A stretch of DNA of 51,376 nt. Origin: an uncultured Clostridia bacterium (GTDB lineage: Bacteria > Bacillota > Clostridia > Oscillospirales > Acutalibacteraceae). Below the pieces are notes generated by a model. It worked only from the letters and a program-made list of their open reading frames with translations, was not told the origin of the DNA and did not search any database. Location of the stretch: contig CAMWPJ010000001.1 of NCBI GenBank assembly GCA_947176035.1, positions 1-51,376 on the forward strand, in the 5' to 3' direction. Made by a program: the position numbers and the translations under genes. The stretch's first letter is position 1; every line of letters begins with the position of its first letter. This document shows positions 28,384-37,732 of the stretch, piece after piece.

Positions 28384-28764
28384 TTAATTCTCCTTTAATA
28401 AAGCCATATCATAGCCACTCTTGATGAATTTTTCGCAAAGAGAACGATTGACCCCATTGCCTAACTCGCAATAAATTATTTCAATATCTTCATAAGTGAA
28501 ATTTGTATCAAGAAATTTATTGATTCCATCAAGCATAAATTTATGTAATTTTTTATTATCTGGCTGTGTGCAGTGAGCAGGTCTTGAAAACCATTCCAGC
28601 ACTTTACATTTGACCTCAAATTCGTTACTGCAAGTCCTTAAGATAAAATACTGATTTGTTTTAGGCTCTGCAATAAATTCACCTTGACCGTTAATAAAAC
28701 TTCCAGGGAATGCGTCTAACAGTTTCATTTCATAATCATACACTTTAGGATACCTCCTCAACAT
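28384..28764 (-). CDS. Conserved phage hypothetical protein
   Basis: FPGSFIN..GEFIA, KCKVLEW.SR, IY..LGNGVN. Confidence 0.65.
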   Translation of the reverse strand: MLRRYPKVYDYEMKLLDAFPGSFINGQGEFIAEPKTNQYFILRTCSNEFEVKCKVLEWFSRPAHCTQPDNKKLHKFMLDGINKFLDTNFTYEDIEIIYCELGNGVNRSLCEKFIKSGYDMALLKEN

Positions 28765-29368
28765 AGCACCACGATTGCGGTGCTTTATATATCTTGAACA
28801 TACACATTAACTGCTTAACATTATTGTTTATTATTGCTTTTTGATACTCCTCAATACTTACATTCTCTTCTGAATATGGGCAATCAAGACAATTCTTTGG
28901 AGTAATACAAGGCTTGATAAACTTACTTAACTCTTTCGGCTTGTCATATATCTTCAGGTTTGATATGTGCCAGCCGAACACACCGAACTGACCTGGCGAT
29001 ATTTCATAATCACTAATTTCACCCTTAGATAAGCAGGATAACTTCGTCATAGTTTTATCGTCAATATCAGTTCCGTCTTTAAAATCGCAAGTTGTATATT
29101 GATAAATCCTGTCACATATATATTCGCCGATTACTTTGCCGCTTAAAGTTAGATTCCCTGCTTTTTCTAATGCAGATTTGTACTTATTTTCAGAAAGATA
29201 AATCTTTCCGTTATTATGAGATTTTGTTAAGAGCCTATCTTTAGTGCAATATATGTACACCTTAAAAGGCACATCAAGTTTCGGTCTGGTTTTACGGACC
29301 TCTATTGTTTTCTTACCACTTGCGATTAACTCGCAGTATTGCGGTTTTATGGATTGTAAGATTGACAT
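28745..29368 (-). CDS. ASCH-domain protein
   Basis: SIKPQYCELIASGKKTIEVRK (GxKxxExR), GKVIGE, GWHIS.LKIYD, PQSWCYV. Confidence 0.85.
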   Translation of the reverse strand: MSILQSIKPQYCELIASGKKTIEVRKTRPKLDVPFKVYIYCTKDRLLTKSHNNGKIYLSENKYKSALEKAGNLTLSGKVIGEYICDRIYQYTTCDFKDGTDIDDKTMTKLSCLSKGEISDYEISPGQFGVFGWHISNLKIYDKPKELSKFIKPCITPKNCLDCPYSEENVSIEEYQKAIINNNVKQLMCMFKIYKAPQSWCYVEEVS

Positions 29369-29371
29369 TGG

Positions 29372-29584
29372 TTAATCCTCCTGCTCCGGTTCATTCCATT
29401 GGAAAATGTAATGCCAGAGCCATTTTATTACTTCAAGCATTTTTTCTTTGGTAAAGCTGTTATGTGTTGCCATATTCATAACAAGGTATATTGCCGTTGC
29501 TTTTTGCTCGTCTGTAAATCTGTCACTGTTTATGTCCTGACAGATTGCCATTGCTTTTCCTATTCCAGATAACGGTCTGCTCAT
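29372..29584 (-). CDS. Hypothetical protein
   Basis: 70 aa, ATGA overlap with the upstream gene. Confidence 0.6.
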   Translation of the reverse strand: MSRPLSGIGKAMAICQDINSDRFTDEQKATAIYLVMNMATHNSFTKEKMLEVIKWLWHYIFQWNEPEQED

Positions 29585-29943
29585 TCTTCATCACTCCAAT
29601 CTAAAACCTGTCCGCAGGGACAGTGTTCTACAGTTTTACCAGCATAATAGCCGTTAGTATCTTCGCAAACTATAAGTTCGTTACATATAGGACAGTAATA
29701 TTTATTTGTAAAATCATCATCCGAACCACTATAAGTATGTGTTTTAATTATAGGCTTTGTTGGTATCTGCTTTTCAAGTGCTGAGATTGCCATTTGTATT
29801 GCAGCAAAATCCTCATTGTCCTTTTTGCAAGCCGATTCGCTGTGATCGGCAATATTTGAATGTGCATTGTTCTCAAGCACTTTTATAAAGGTCAAATTTT
29901 TCAATATCTCAATCGCTCTTTGTGGTGTCATTGATTTACTCAT
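29581..29943 (-). CDS. Zn-ribbon phage protein
   Basis: AISALEKQIP.KP, CPIC, CPCGQVLDW. Confidence 0.7.
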   Translation of the reverse strand: MSKSMTPQRAIEILKNLTFIKVLENNAHSNIADHSESACKKDNEDFAAIQMAISALEKQIPTKPIIKTHTYSGSDDDFTNKYYCPICNELIVCEDTNGYYAGKTVEHCPCGQVLDWSDEE

Positions 29944-30274
29944 TTTTCTTAACCTCACTTCTGAACGCTTGCCTGTTTCTGAAATCTATAGGTTTATCTG
30001 AATATCTGACAAATATTTCTTCACTATTTTTGAAACCGTCAATACTTATTTTGTTAAAATCCATTCTTTCCGTAACAAGCCAATGTGCTTCCCTCATAAT
30101 TGCTCCAAGCATTAGATAAGGAACGACTAAACATTCAAATTCATCGCCGAAGATGCTGATGCACTTTTCATATTTAACAGACTTTTTGAAATTGTTATAT
30201 ACAACTGTATTAGTTTCAATTTCCATACCAAAGGTCATTCCGTCAAAATTAACTGCGTGTAAATGCTTATCCAA
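29936..30274 (-). CDS. Hypothetical protein
   Basis: 112 aa, RBS AGGAGAG, operon packing. Confidence 0.55.
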   Translation of the reverse strand: MDKHLHAVNFDGMTFGMEIETNTVVYNNFKKSVKYEKCISIFGDEFECLVVPYLMLGAIMREAHWLVTERMDFNKISIDGFKNSEEIFVRYSDKPIDFRNRQAFRSEVKKNE

Positions 30275-30276
30275 TT

Positions 30277-30495
30277 TTATCTCTCCTTATCCCTTTTCCA
30301 ATCAGCAAGAATATCAACATACTCATGATATTTATGCGGTCGGATTGGTCTTTCAAACGGTGGTGTGCTGAAAGTGAGCAGTAAGCACTCACCGATATTT
30401 TTGTATTGTTCTACAAACTGATAGCCTATCAGCTCGCCGTTTTTTATTCTTTTCTTGATTGTGTTGTGATATGGGTACATAGTATTGCTCCTCAA
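30277..30495 (-). CDS. Conserved small phage protein
   Basis: MYPYHN.IK.RIKNGEL...RPIRPH.Y.EY. Confidence 0.6.
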   Translation of the reverse strand: MRSNTMYPYHNTIKKRIKNGELIGYQFVEQYKNIGECLLLTFSTPPFERPIRPHKYHEYVDILADWKRDKER

Positions 30496-30667
30496 ATAAG
30501 CTATCGAAGATTTCTTCTATTTGGATAAATTCATCAGCCTTAGCGACTAATTCCTCCTCAGTAAGAATATCATCACAGTTTATGTGAGTTCTGTTATCAC
30601 CCTTGCTTATCCAAATATGACCGTTTTTATTTTGTGTTATCGTATAGCCTTTATGCTCTATCTGCAT
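30389..30667 (-). CDS. Hypothetical protein
   Basis: RBS GGAGG; 3' end overlaps the next gene by about 100 bp. Confidence 0.5.
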   Translation of the reverse strand: MQIEHKGYTITQNKNGHIWISKGDNRTHINCDDILTEEELVAKADEFIQIEEIFDSLFEEQYYVPISQHNQEKNKKRRADRLSVCRTIQKYR

Positions 30668-30677
30668 TTATAACCTC

Positions 30678-31712
30678 CTACTCATATCTAATAAAATCAT
30701 CACCATACAGTTTGTTGAGTTCATCAAAGACGTATCGCATACCTAAGCCCTGCTTATTCGGCTGCCATAATCCATTTACAAACTCGCCACCGTTCAGGCA
30801 ATAGTTATACTGTTTCAGATGCGTTTCCTTTAACCTTTGAAATCTTGTTATGCCTTTTTCAAGGTGAGCACCGAACGCACAAAACATACAGCCTGTCCTA
30901 TCACAACCTGTTGTTGCATATTTACACTGCTCACCGTCAAAGGTGTATTGACATTCTGTTTCGATAACTTCACCATACGGCTCTGCTATCGGCAGATTGT
31001 ATTTGTATATGTATTCCAGTACATCCTGTTCAGTCCAGAATGCCATCGGTGTTGATTTTGGTATCTCCAAGTCAAAGCCGTTACAGCCATTGATTAACCA
31101 TTGCGTTTCTCTTTGTCTGCTTTCGCAAGCCATTTCAGCAGTAATGAAATATACACCATTTATTTTTGAATACTCGTGTGCTGGTGATTTTTTCATAGCT
31201 GTGCAACATTCGGCAGAACAGTTGAAAGATACATCCATCAATTTGCCCCACTTTTCCTTGTTGTAAATTGACTTTTCACCATTGTGCTTTGTGAATTCGC
31301 CTTGTAATTTCAACAAGTCAGTATTTACTCTGTTTTCTGCTCTTGCCTTTTTACCATACTGAACACATCTTGACACTTCTTTTGAAATAATCGGATAACC
31401 ATACTTTTTGATTACCTCAACAAAATTCATTTTAGGTCTGATGATTTCAACATTATAAAAAGTTTTAACAAACTGTCTGATTTCAGGATATTCAAGTCCT
31501 GTATCAACAAATACAGCCTTGATGTCATATCCACACCGCCAATGATGTTCGGTTATGTGTTTTAATACCGTGCTATCCTTACCACCGCTGAATGAAATGG
31601 CAACATTACCGTTATAATAATTCCACCAACCGTGTATGCGCTCTGCTGTCATATCTATTTTTCTTTCAAGCGGTAAGGATTGCAGATATTTTAATTCTCT
31701 TATGTCTCTCAA
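30678..31712 (-). CDS. PAPS-reductase-family (PP-loop) protein, probable nucleotide/DNA modification role
   Basis: SFSGGKDS PP-loop, DTGLEYPE, CC..MKK, RTGCMFC Fe-S-type Cys motifs. Confidence 0.88.
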   Translation of the reverse strand: MRDIRELKYLQSLPLERKIDMTAERIHGWWNYYNGNVAISFSGGKDSTVLKHITEHHWRCGYDIKAVFVDTGLEYPEIRQFVKTFYNVEIIRPKMNFVEVIKKYGYPIISKEVSRCVQYGKKARAENRVNTDLLKLQGEFTKHNGEKSIYNKEKWGKLMDVSFNCSAECCTAMKKSPAHEYSKINGVYFITAEMACESRQRETQWLINGCNGFDLEIPKSTPMAFWTEQDVLEYIYKYNLPIAEPYGEVIETECQYTFDGEQCKYATTGCDRTGCMFCAFGAHLEKGITRFQRLKETHLKQYNYCLNGGEFVNGLWQPNKQGLGMRYVFDELNKLYGDDFIRYE

Positions 31713-32161
31713 AGTTCTTTACTCCAACGCACTTTCATTTCTTCAGGGGTTTTATTCTCAATAAGCGACATTTGCTTTTGCTCCCTGATGCCTGTCCAAT
31801 GAGTACCGCCAGCTTGCCCATCACAAATAAAGTTACTTGCCTTAAGGCTTGCACCGTTTTCACTTTCAAGAATGTATGTAATCACTTTCTTATAGCCCAT
31901 AGCCTTAGCTACTCGGCAACAAGCACCATAAAGCATTGAGCAAGCATTCTTTGTTCCGTCAGTACAAAGGCGGTTTATTTCAAGAGTAAAGCCATTATCA
32001 AGATGTCTGCTGACAGGTCTGCCACAGATAGCAACACCGCACAGCTTATTATCATTCATCAAGTCTAAACAGAATTTACATCCTTGACTTGCTATGTGAT
32101 GTCTATGGTGCTGATTTACAAATTCACAGGCTGTCTTGTATGTGCAAGGTATTATATTCAT
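31709..32161 (-). CDS. Mom-like GNAT protein (XF1762 family)
   Basis: FV.QHHRHH, GVAICGRPVSR, LEINRLCTDG..NACSMLY, ITY...E.GASLKA. Confidence 0.85.
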   Translation of the reverse strand: MNIIPCTYKTACEFVNQHHRHHIASQGCKFCLDLMNDNKLCGVAICGRPVSRHLDNGFTLEINRLCTDGTKNACSMLYGACCRVAKAMGYKKVITYILESENGASLKASNFICDGQAGGTHWTGIREQKQMSLIENKTPEEMKVRWSKEL

Positions 32162-32163
32162 TC

Positions 32164-32442
32164 CTACACCTCATCCATTTTTGCTCCGTAGCTGCAATAA
32201 AATTTATCATTTGTCAATCGCCCTAAAACTTCGCAAAATTCCTCTCCGTACTCTTTATTGCGGTGTTTACAATCCTTGCAGTAAACAACAGGCTCGGCAT
32301 CTATGGTTGGTGCATTTTTTATCATTTCTTCCGTTGCCATGGCACCTTTAAGAAAAGCTATATATTCTTTAGCAGGAACAGCTTCTCCGTTTGTATCCTG
32401 CAATTTTTCAAAATTTAAAGCATCAGCATCAATCAGTCGCAT
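32164..32442 (-). CDS. MRLIDAD-family phage protein
   Basis: MRLIDADAL, APTIDAEPV, CKDCKH, FYCSYG. Confidence 0.75.
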   Translation of the reverse strand: MRLIDADALNFEKLQDTNGEAVPAKEYIAFLKGAMATEEMIKNAPTIDAEPVVYCKDCKHRNKEYGEEFCEVLGRLTNDKFYCSYGAKMDEV

Positions 32443-32644
32443 TGTCTGTCCTCCTGTTCCAATGTTTTACTGTACTATTACGAACAAAATCAAAATCGAA
32501 TTTCAGTTTGTACCATTTATGTAATTGCTTTGTACCACAAGTTTTACATCGAATTTCTGTTTCTTTAAGTCCCATATATTCATTGCCTCTTTCAATATAC
32601 TCAGCTTCACCGCCACAAAACGGACACGGTTTTAATTCAGGCAT
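32429..32644 (-). CDS. Lar-family (restriction alleviation-like) Zn-ribbon protein
   Basis: ELKPCPFCGGEA...C..CG...WNRR. Confidence 0.78.
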   Translation of the reverse strand: MPELKPCPFCGGEAEYIERGNEYMGLKETEIRCKTCGTKQLHKWYKLKFDFDFVRNSTVKHWNRRTDNATD

Positions 32645-33026
32645 TTTCTTTCAACTCCTTTAATTTTTGTTCTGCTTCTGATTTGGTGAGAAATACGGTT
32701 TTGCCGAAATCGTCCTCAGTAAATTCAATTTCATCAAGAAACTCTTTATAATAAACATCAAATGCTGTTGCAAAATACCTTGTCTGCTCTTTATCAATAT
32801 GAATATCCTCAATCTCATATGGAACTACTTGATTAACTGATTTACAGTAAGCATATACACATTCTCCAACTCTACGCACAATATATAAGTTTTCTGATTT
32901 GTTTTTTTCATAAGGACATTTCGTCTTGTGAACTTTCAAATAACCTGTTTTGCCCTTTATTGTTTTACGTTGATAATTCAAATGGTTTTCACACACATCA
33001 TAATGAATACAATCTTTACAAGTCAT
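32637..33026 (-). CDS. Hypothetical phage protein
   Basis: MTCKDCIHYDVC; FGKTVFLT..EAE. Confidence 0.65.
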   Translation of the reverse strand: MTCKDCIHYDVCENHLNYQRKTIKGKTGYLKVHKTKCPYEKNKSENLYIVRRVGECVYAYCKSVNQVVPYEIEDIHIDKEQTRYFATAFDVYYKEFLDEIEFTEDDFGKTVFLTKSEAEQKLKELKENA

Positions 33027-33235
33027 TCAGTTACCTCCTTGAAGCAGTCGTGCATTGCTTTCTCGGTCAATCTTAACTGATACCCACGACCTTTATGTTT
33101 AAGCCACCAATATTTTCCTTTTTTCTTTGCTTCCCATTTCTGTTCAGGTGAAATTGTCAACACAATAGAGCAGCCATACATATCACCAAAACACATAAGC
33201 GATAATTCTTGTTGTTTTTTTGCTTTAACAATCAT
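33023..33235 (-). CDS. Hypothetical protein
   Basis: 70 aa, overlapping start/stop codons on both sides. Confidence 0.55.
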   Translation of the reverse strand: MIVKAKKQQELSLMCFGDMYGCSIVLTISPEQKWEAKKKGKYWWLKHKGRGYQLRLTEKAMHDCFKEVTE

Positions 33236-33387
33236 TATTCTTTTTCCTCCTCAAAACAATCTGCATCCTCTCTGTTACATATCAGCGTTTCGTTTGCAAC
33301 ATCACAGCATGGGCAAACATCAGCAATATACTCACTGTCTGCGTTGCAGCATATTCCTGTGAATTCATCTAAGTGTTTACATAACAT
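33235..33387 (-). CDS. 50-aa Cys-rich micro-protein (not in ORF track)
   Basis: MLCKHLDEFTGICCNADSEYIADVCPCCDVANETLICNREDADCFEEEKE*; TAATG overlap with the next gene. Confidence 0.65.
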   Translation of the reverse strand: MLCKHLDEFTGICCNADSEYIADVCPCCDVANETLICNREDADCFEEEKE

Positions 33388-33391
33388 CAGA

Positions 33392-33784
33392 TTATTCCGC
33401 CTCTCTTTCAAGCCATTGTTTTACCGCCTTAATACAATTATTATCACTATCGCTTCTACAGTGTGGATAACAAGAGTTGTAATATTCACAATAACTACAG
33501 GATGCAATTTCTATATCACCATTTTGTAGGTCATATAAAAACTCCGCCTTTTCCTCAATGCTCATATCATTGATTCTGTCATTGTTTGTCTTTCGCTTTA
33601 ATAACGAAACTGTTTCTTTGGATTTATTTTGGCAATCATTACAAAGACTGTTGTACTGCTCTTTAAACTGCTCAGCTGCGGCTTTTGTAGTCTGCCACGC
33701 TCTGCCGCAGCCTTTACAGACAATTGTTGTTGATTCATTCTCCTGCTCTCTGTAATTCATCATTCCCATACACATTTTTATCAT
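33392..33784 (-). CDS. Cys-rich hypothetical protein
   Basis: CKGC/CNDC plus TN.DRI..MS.EE.AEFL...WLE module. Confidence 0.65.
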   Translation of the reverse strand: MIKMCMGMMNYREQENESTTIVCKGCGRAWQTTKAAAEQFKEQYNSLCNDCQNKSKETVSLLKRKTNNDRINDMSIEEKAEFLYDLQNGDIEIASCSYCEYYNSCYPHCRSDSDNNCIKAVKQWLEREAE

Positions 33785-33789
33785 CTCCT

Positions 33790-34578
33790 TTATAAACTCA
33801 ACTGGCCGTAAGGTTGAAAATTCATCCACAAGCAATCTGTTCTTTGCTGAATATTTTGTGTATAAAATTTCTGCTCGGTCTTATACCAACCTTTCAGCAT
33901 CTCGTTATACAAATCACTATCATAACCGCTAACCATCACATAACCTTTATGCTTGAGCAACACATCAAGTAATTCAATGTGCTGCTCTTCGCTCATTTCG
34001 TGATTATATTGTTCTCTGCAACGTGTACTTAACAAATACGGTGGATCTGCATAAATCAGTACGTTATCAAAATTAAAACGTTTTATAACTTCTACTGCAG
34101 GTCGGCTTTCAATCTGAACATCTTTTAGCCTTTCGGCTGCTTGAATAATTTTCTCAGGCAGTTTGTTCCAATCGACTTTGCAATAGGCTTTTTCTCTGCC
34201 TTGTAAATCGTTTTTCCAACCGACTTTCTCACCGGTAGTTCTGAATCCGTGTCCTTGATTAAGCCTTATACAAAACCGTCTTGCCTTTTCCAGAGGCTCA
34301 TCCGTTTTTATGTAAGCATTTTCATATTCCTGCCGGGCATACGGTGTCAGATACAATAATCTTGCAAGCCTTTCAGGTTCAGTACGAATACAATAAAAGA
34401 GATTCACAACCTCGTCATCAATATCATTTATTGTTTCGATGTGTGACGGAGGCTTATTAAACAATATTGCTCCACTACCAAAGTAAGGCTCTAAATAACT
34501 ATGATGCTCAGGCATCATCTCAATTATTTTTTCTGCCAATTTCCACTTAGCACCCGGATACTTAATTAAAGCATTCAT
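33790..34578 (-). CDS. DNA adenine methyltransferase (Dam/D12 class)
   Basis: KYPGAK, YLEPYFGSGA motif I, ETINDID, YADPPY motif IV, SGY. Confidence 0.93.
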   Translation of the reverse strand: MNALIKYPGAKWKLAEKIIEMMPEHHSYLEPYFGSGAILFNKPPSHIETINDIDDEVVNLFYCIRTEPERLARLLYLTPYARQEYENAYIKTDEPLEKARRFCIRLNQGHGFRTTGEKVGWKNDLQGREKAYCKVDWNKLPEKIIQAAERLKDVQIESRPAVEVIKRFNFDNVLIYADPPYLLSTRCREQYNHEMSEEQHIELLDVLLKHKGYVMVSGYDSDLYNEMLKGWYKTEQKFYTQNIQQRTDCLWMNFQPYGQLSL

Positions 34579-34588
34579 ACATTAGTTC

Positions 34589-34732
34589 CTAAAATGCACT
34601 TTGGTTTATGTATGTCGGATTTATCAGCAATCCGGCATTATATCTGTTCACCATATCCGAGCAAGATTCATATTCGTGTTTTTGAGTTAAACAAAAGTCT
34701 TTTAACGGACATTCAGTATTAACACATTCCAT
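34589..34732 (-). CDS. 47-aa Cys-containing micro-protein (not in ORF track)
   Basis: MECVNTECPLKDFCLTQKHEYESCSDMVNRYNAGLLINPTYINQSAF*; RBS AAAGGA. Confidence 0.55.
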   Translation of the reverse strand: MECVNTECPLKDFCLTQKHEYESCSDMVNRYNAGLLINPTYINQSAF

Positions 34733-34752
34733 TGCATATTTCCTTTCTTGGA

Positions 34753-34914
34753 CTATTTTTTATTTTTAGCAAGATTGCCCCATTTTACAGCAGGCAAAGT
34801 CTCTTCCAAAATTCTGATATGAGGACAATTTAATTTGCTGCACATTGCATTTTTCGGACCGCATTCAACTCGCCATTTGCAACGTTCAGCAACACATACA
34901 TATTTTTTAGCCAT
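34753..34914 (-). CDS. 53-aa Cys-rich micro-protein (not in ORF track)
   Basis: MAKKYVCVAERCKWRVECGPKNAMCSKLNCPHIRILEETLPAVKWGNLAKNKK*; overlaps the upstream stop. Confidence 0.6.
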   Translation of the reverse strand: MAKKYVCVAERCKWRVECGPKNAMCSKLNCPHIRILEETLPAVKWGNLAKNKK

Positions 34915-35071
34915 TTTCCTCACCGTCAGTCATTTCACAAACATAACCATATTTTCGACGCTTACAGATTTCGCAGGTATGCTTGTCTTTGATGTGACTG
35001 CCTTTTATAACTTTTCCCTGTATTCTTAACCGTTCCATACAAGGACGGCACATGAATTTTTTATTATCCAT
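34907..35071 (-). CDS. 54-aa Zn-finger micro-protein (not in ORF track)
   Basis: MDNKKFMCRPCMERL...HTCEICKRRKYGYVCEM; RBS AGGAGG. Confidence 0.68.
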   Translation of the reverse strand: MDNKKFMCRPCMERLRIQGKVIKGSHIKDKHTCEICKRRKYGYVCEMTDGEENG

Positions 35072-35079
35072 AATTCCTC

Positions 35080-35208
35080 CTACCATTCATAATCAATACA
35101 CGAATTAAACCAAGGTCTTTTGATTTCAATGTTATGCAATGTACATTTACACAATGTGCTACTATAATGAACACATTTTTTACAGCAACAACAATCTTCA
35201 CCACTCAT
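35080..35208 (-). CDS. 42-aa Cys-rich micro-protein (not in ORF track)
   Basis: MSGEDCCCCKKCVHYSSTLCKCTLHNIEIKRPWFNSCIDYEW*; ATGA overlap. Confidence 0.6.
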   Translation of the reverse strand: MSGEDCCCCKKCVHYSSTLCKCTLHNIEIKRPWFNSCIDYEW

Positions 35209-35300
35209 AAAATAACCCCTTCAGCTGTTCCTACTACACCAAAAATAAATACAAGCATTGATATAATAAAAACTATGGTCTGTTTAATAAATATTTTCAT
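35205..35300 (-). CDS. 31-aa single-TM micro-protein (not in ORF track)
   Basis: MKIFIKQTIVFIISMLVFIFGVVGTAEGVIL*. Confidence 0.55.
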   Translation of the reverse strand: MKIFIKQTIVFIISMLVFIFGVVGTAEGVIL

Positions 35301-35306
35301 AATCAA

Positions 35307-36376
35307 TTAGCCTTTCAGTCTCATAGGAAGTACGACTTGTTTGAACAAACCATCTTTTATAACAATAGGATTAAGACTTCCATTCATACAGAAAGTAATT
35401 GTTTCATCCGTAGTAGCCTTTAGCGCATCTTTCATAAAATCAATGTTTACGCCGATTTTTATAGATTCATTGTGAGCCGACGGCTTTAGTGCTATTGCTT
35501 CGTGAATATCAATTCTCGGATCTGAAATGCTGATATCAACAGAATCATTCAAGTAATTTAGTACAGCAGGCAATTTCTTTTTATCAGGCACACACAAAGC
35601 TATTCTGTTAAAGCAGGAAAGAAATTCACTTCGATTAACCTCGAAAACAATTTATACGCACCGGAAAACGCTACTGCATAGTCAGTAAACTGTTCTGCCA
35701 AATACAATTTTGAATATATAAGATATTCTCCAGCCTCAATTAAAATAGATTTACTATCATTAGCATAAATGTAGATATTATCATCAGCAACTGAAAAAGC
35801 CTTATTTAGTGCCTCTTTGTCCAAAACCATTTTGAATACGTTTGTATTCTCCAATTTATTCCAGGCAACTCGATATCCATCACAGGCAACAATATTCAAA
35901 AACGTTCCATCGCTTTCAAACAGTATCCCTTCTTGCGCCGGCTTATCCGAATTTGACTTTGAGCATGCAAACATAATCTGTTTAACAATTTTTTCAAAAT
36001 CCGAGGTTTTGACATCAATAAGCATTTTGCTTTCATCTGGCTTACTTGTATCTGTCTGAGGAAATAACTCTGTATCGTATGTACTGAATTTGCTTTTGAT
36101 TTTTCCACACTTAATAATAAGCTGTTTATCTTTTTCAGTAATTTCAACATTACCTTCAGGAAGACTGATGATAAAATCAATTGCTGTCGGAGGTATTATG
36201 CAGTTAATAGCCTCCTCACAGTCCATTAAAGGAACAACAATGGACGTTTTGAAATTATTAGCAATTAGCATCTTGTCCTTAAGCAACACACCTGATAAGT
36301 CATCACCGAGCTTTGCTGAACTGATGCTCTTTAAGACTTTAAGTTTTTCTGATAATTCACTCTGATGTATAATCAT
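35307..36376 (-). pseudogene. dnaN: DNA polymerase III beta sliding clamp homologue, split by a 1-nt frameshift at ~35651-35653
   Basis: GILFE......VACDGYRVA, F.DY; alternative frame continues IVFEVNRSEFLSCFNRIAL into IGVNIDFMKDALK...NPIVI...VVLPMR, the typical clamp C-terminus. Confidence 0.82.
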
Positions 36377-36768
36377 ATTTCTTTCTCCAATTCAATTTTT
36401 AATTTAGGATATTTTTCTCTGAACGATTTAACCTTAAGCTTGAAAACTGGTGTTTCCATACCCTTAACATCAACAATGCGATACGTTTTTTTAGGATAGA
36501 AAATCACAAAGTCGGTAACGTATTCCGTACCTCTTTCACCATTCTTACCTTCAGTAATAACAAAACGAGCTTGTCTACAAAAGCCGTCAATAGCACCAGC
36601 CCTAAGAAGTAACTTAAGTTGGCAATAGTAATTTGCCTCTGCCTGACTGTCAAAACAAATACCGTCAATCCATACTTTTTTAGAACTGTATTTATTGACC
36701 TTCTTTTTCGCTGCAGGAGCATTTATCCCCATTGCTCTTGCTTGTTCCGGTGTCAATCTTATCGTCAT
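36373..36768 (-). CDS. DUF1064-family PD-(D/E)xK endonuclease (probable resolvase)
   Basis: NKY..KK..IDGI.FDS..EA.YY, YVTDF, DVKG..T.VFKLK. Confidence 0.85.
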   Translation of the reverse strand: MTIRLTPEQARAMGINAPAAKKKVNKYSSKKVWIDGICFDSQAEANYYCQLKLLLRAGAIDGFCRQARFVITEGKNGERGTEYVTDFVIFYPKKTYRIVDVKGMETPVFKLKVKSFREKYPKLKIELEKEI

Positions 36769-37732
36769 AGTTCAAATCCTCCAAAAAACTCGGCCAGCAC
36801 GCTTCACACACATAGCCGATTGATACTGCGCTTTCATTTCTTTTCTTCTGTGCGAGAATTGTATACATATCACTTTTTCTCATTTTCTCGCCACATCTTG
36901 AACAAAGGGCAAGTAATCGCTTTTTGTTTTTTTCGCTGATTTCTTTGTGTAACAATTGTGGCGGATATTCTTGTCGCATATTTTCATCACCGATAATAGG
37001 ACGTAAACTTTCTTTCATAAAAACAGGAATATTAAATTTATCGCAATGAGCAACGATTTTTTCAATCCATTCAATTTTCGGAATAACCTTGCCTTTTCGG
37101 TTTCCTGTTTCTGCACCGATTATTACCCAATCAGCAATCGGTGGGAATCCTTGTATATAATCTCCAACGTCCTCTAAAATCGGCTCGATACTTACAAATG
37201 AATGATATTTCTCACTTTTAACAAGAATATCTGCCTGTGTATTGATAAATGAGTAACCATACCACATATTTTCGCCTTTAGGTAACAATTCTTGCTTTAC
37301 AAGTGTTCTATACCTTTCAGGATTTTTAGTAAGGAATAAGTAATTGTGCTGCGGATTATTTTTACAAGCCTCGAAAATATCCATAATCCATTCATCTGGT
37401 ACCCATTTACCGAATACATCAGCCAGAGCACCTACAAATATATTGGCGCCTGTGGGTCGCCGTTCAAGATGATTCATCCTGTATTTATGTAATGTTGGAT
37501 AAAATCCAAACGGAGTAGCAAGGGTGCGACCATTACGTGATTTAAAAGGCTCGTCAAGCTCATATAAACCATTACCAAGATGTTTACATCTTTTGTCTGT
37601 CATATTCTGTCTGGTGTCGCCTGCAAAGCGATTAGCAAGTTTTCTCGCATAACAGTAAGGGCAATCGTGATAGCAGCCGGTTATAGGATTCCACGTGTAA
37701 TCACACCAATCGATTCTTGATTTATTCATCAT
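36692..37732 (-). CDS. DUF5131 (Gp37/Gp68) radical-SAM-like protein with C-terminal Zn finger
   Basis: IDWCDYTWNPITGCYHDCPYCYA (CxxxCxxC), FLTKNP, SIEPIL, WVIIGAETG, PVFMK. Confidence 0.88.
   Translation of the reverse strand: MMNKSRIDWCDYTWNPITGCYHDCPYCYARKLANRFAGDTRQNMTDKRCKHLGNGLYELDEPFKSRNGRTLATPFGFYPTLHKYRMNHLERRPTGANIFVGALADVFGKWVPDEWIMDIFEACKNNPQHNYLFLTKNPERYRTLVKQELLPKGENMWYGYSFINTQADILVKSEKYHSFVSIEPILEDVGDYIQGFPPIADWVIIGAETGNRKGKVIPKIEWIEKIVAHCDKFNIPVFMKESLRPIIGDENMRQEYPPQLLHKEISEKNKKRLLALCSRCGEKMRKSDMYTILAQKKRNESAVSIGYVCEACWPSFLEDLNYDDKIDTGTSKSNGDKCSCSEKEGQ

Noticed and set aside
35640-35665. Programmed frameshift in the clamp gene
   Set aside because: No X XXY YYZ slippery heptamer at the only permissible shift point; a simple indel is more parsimonious.
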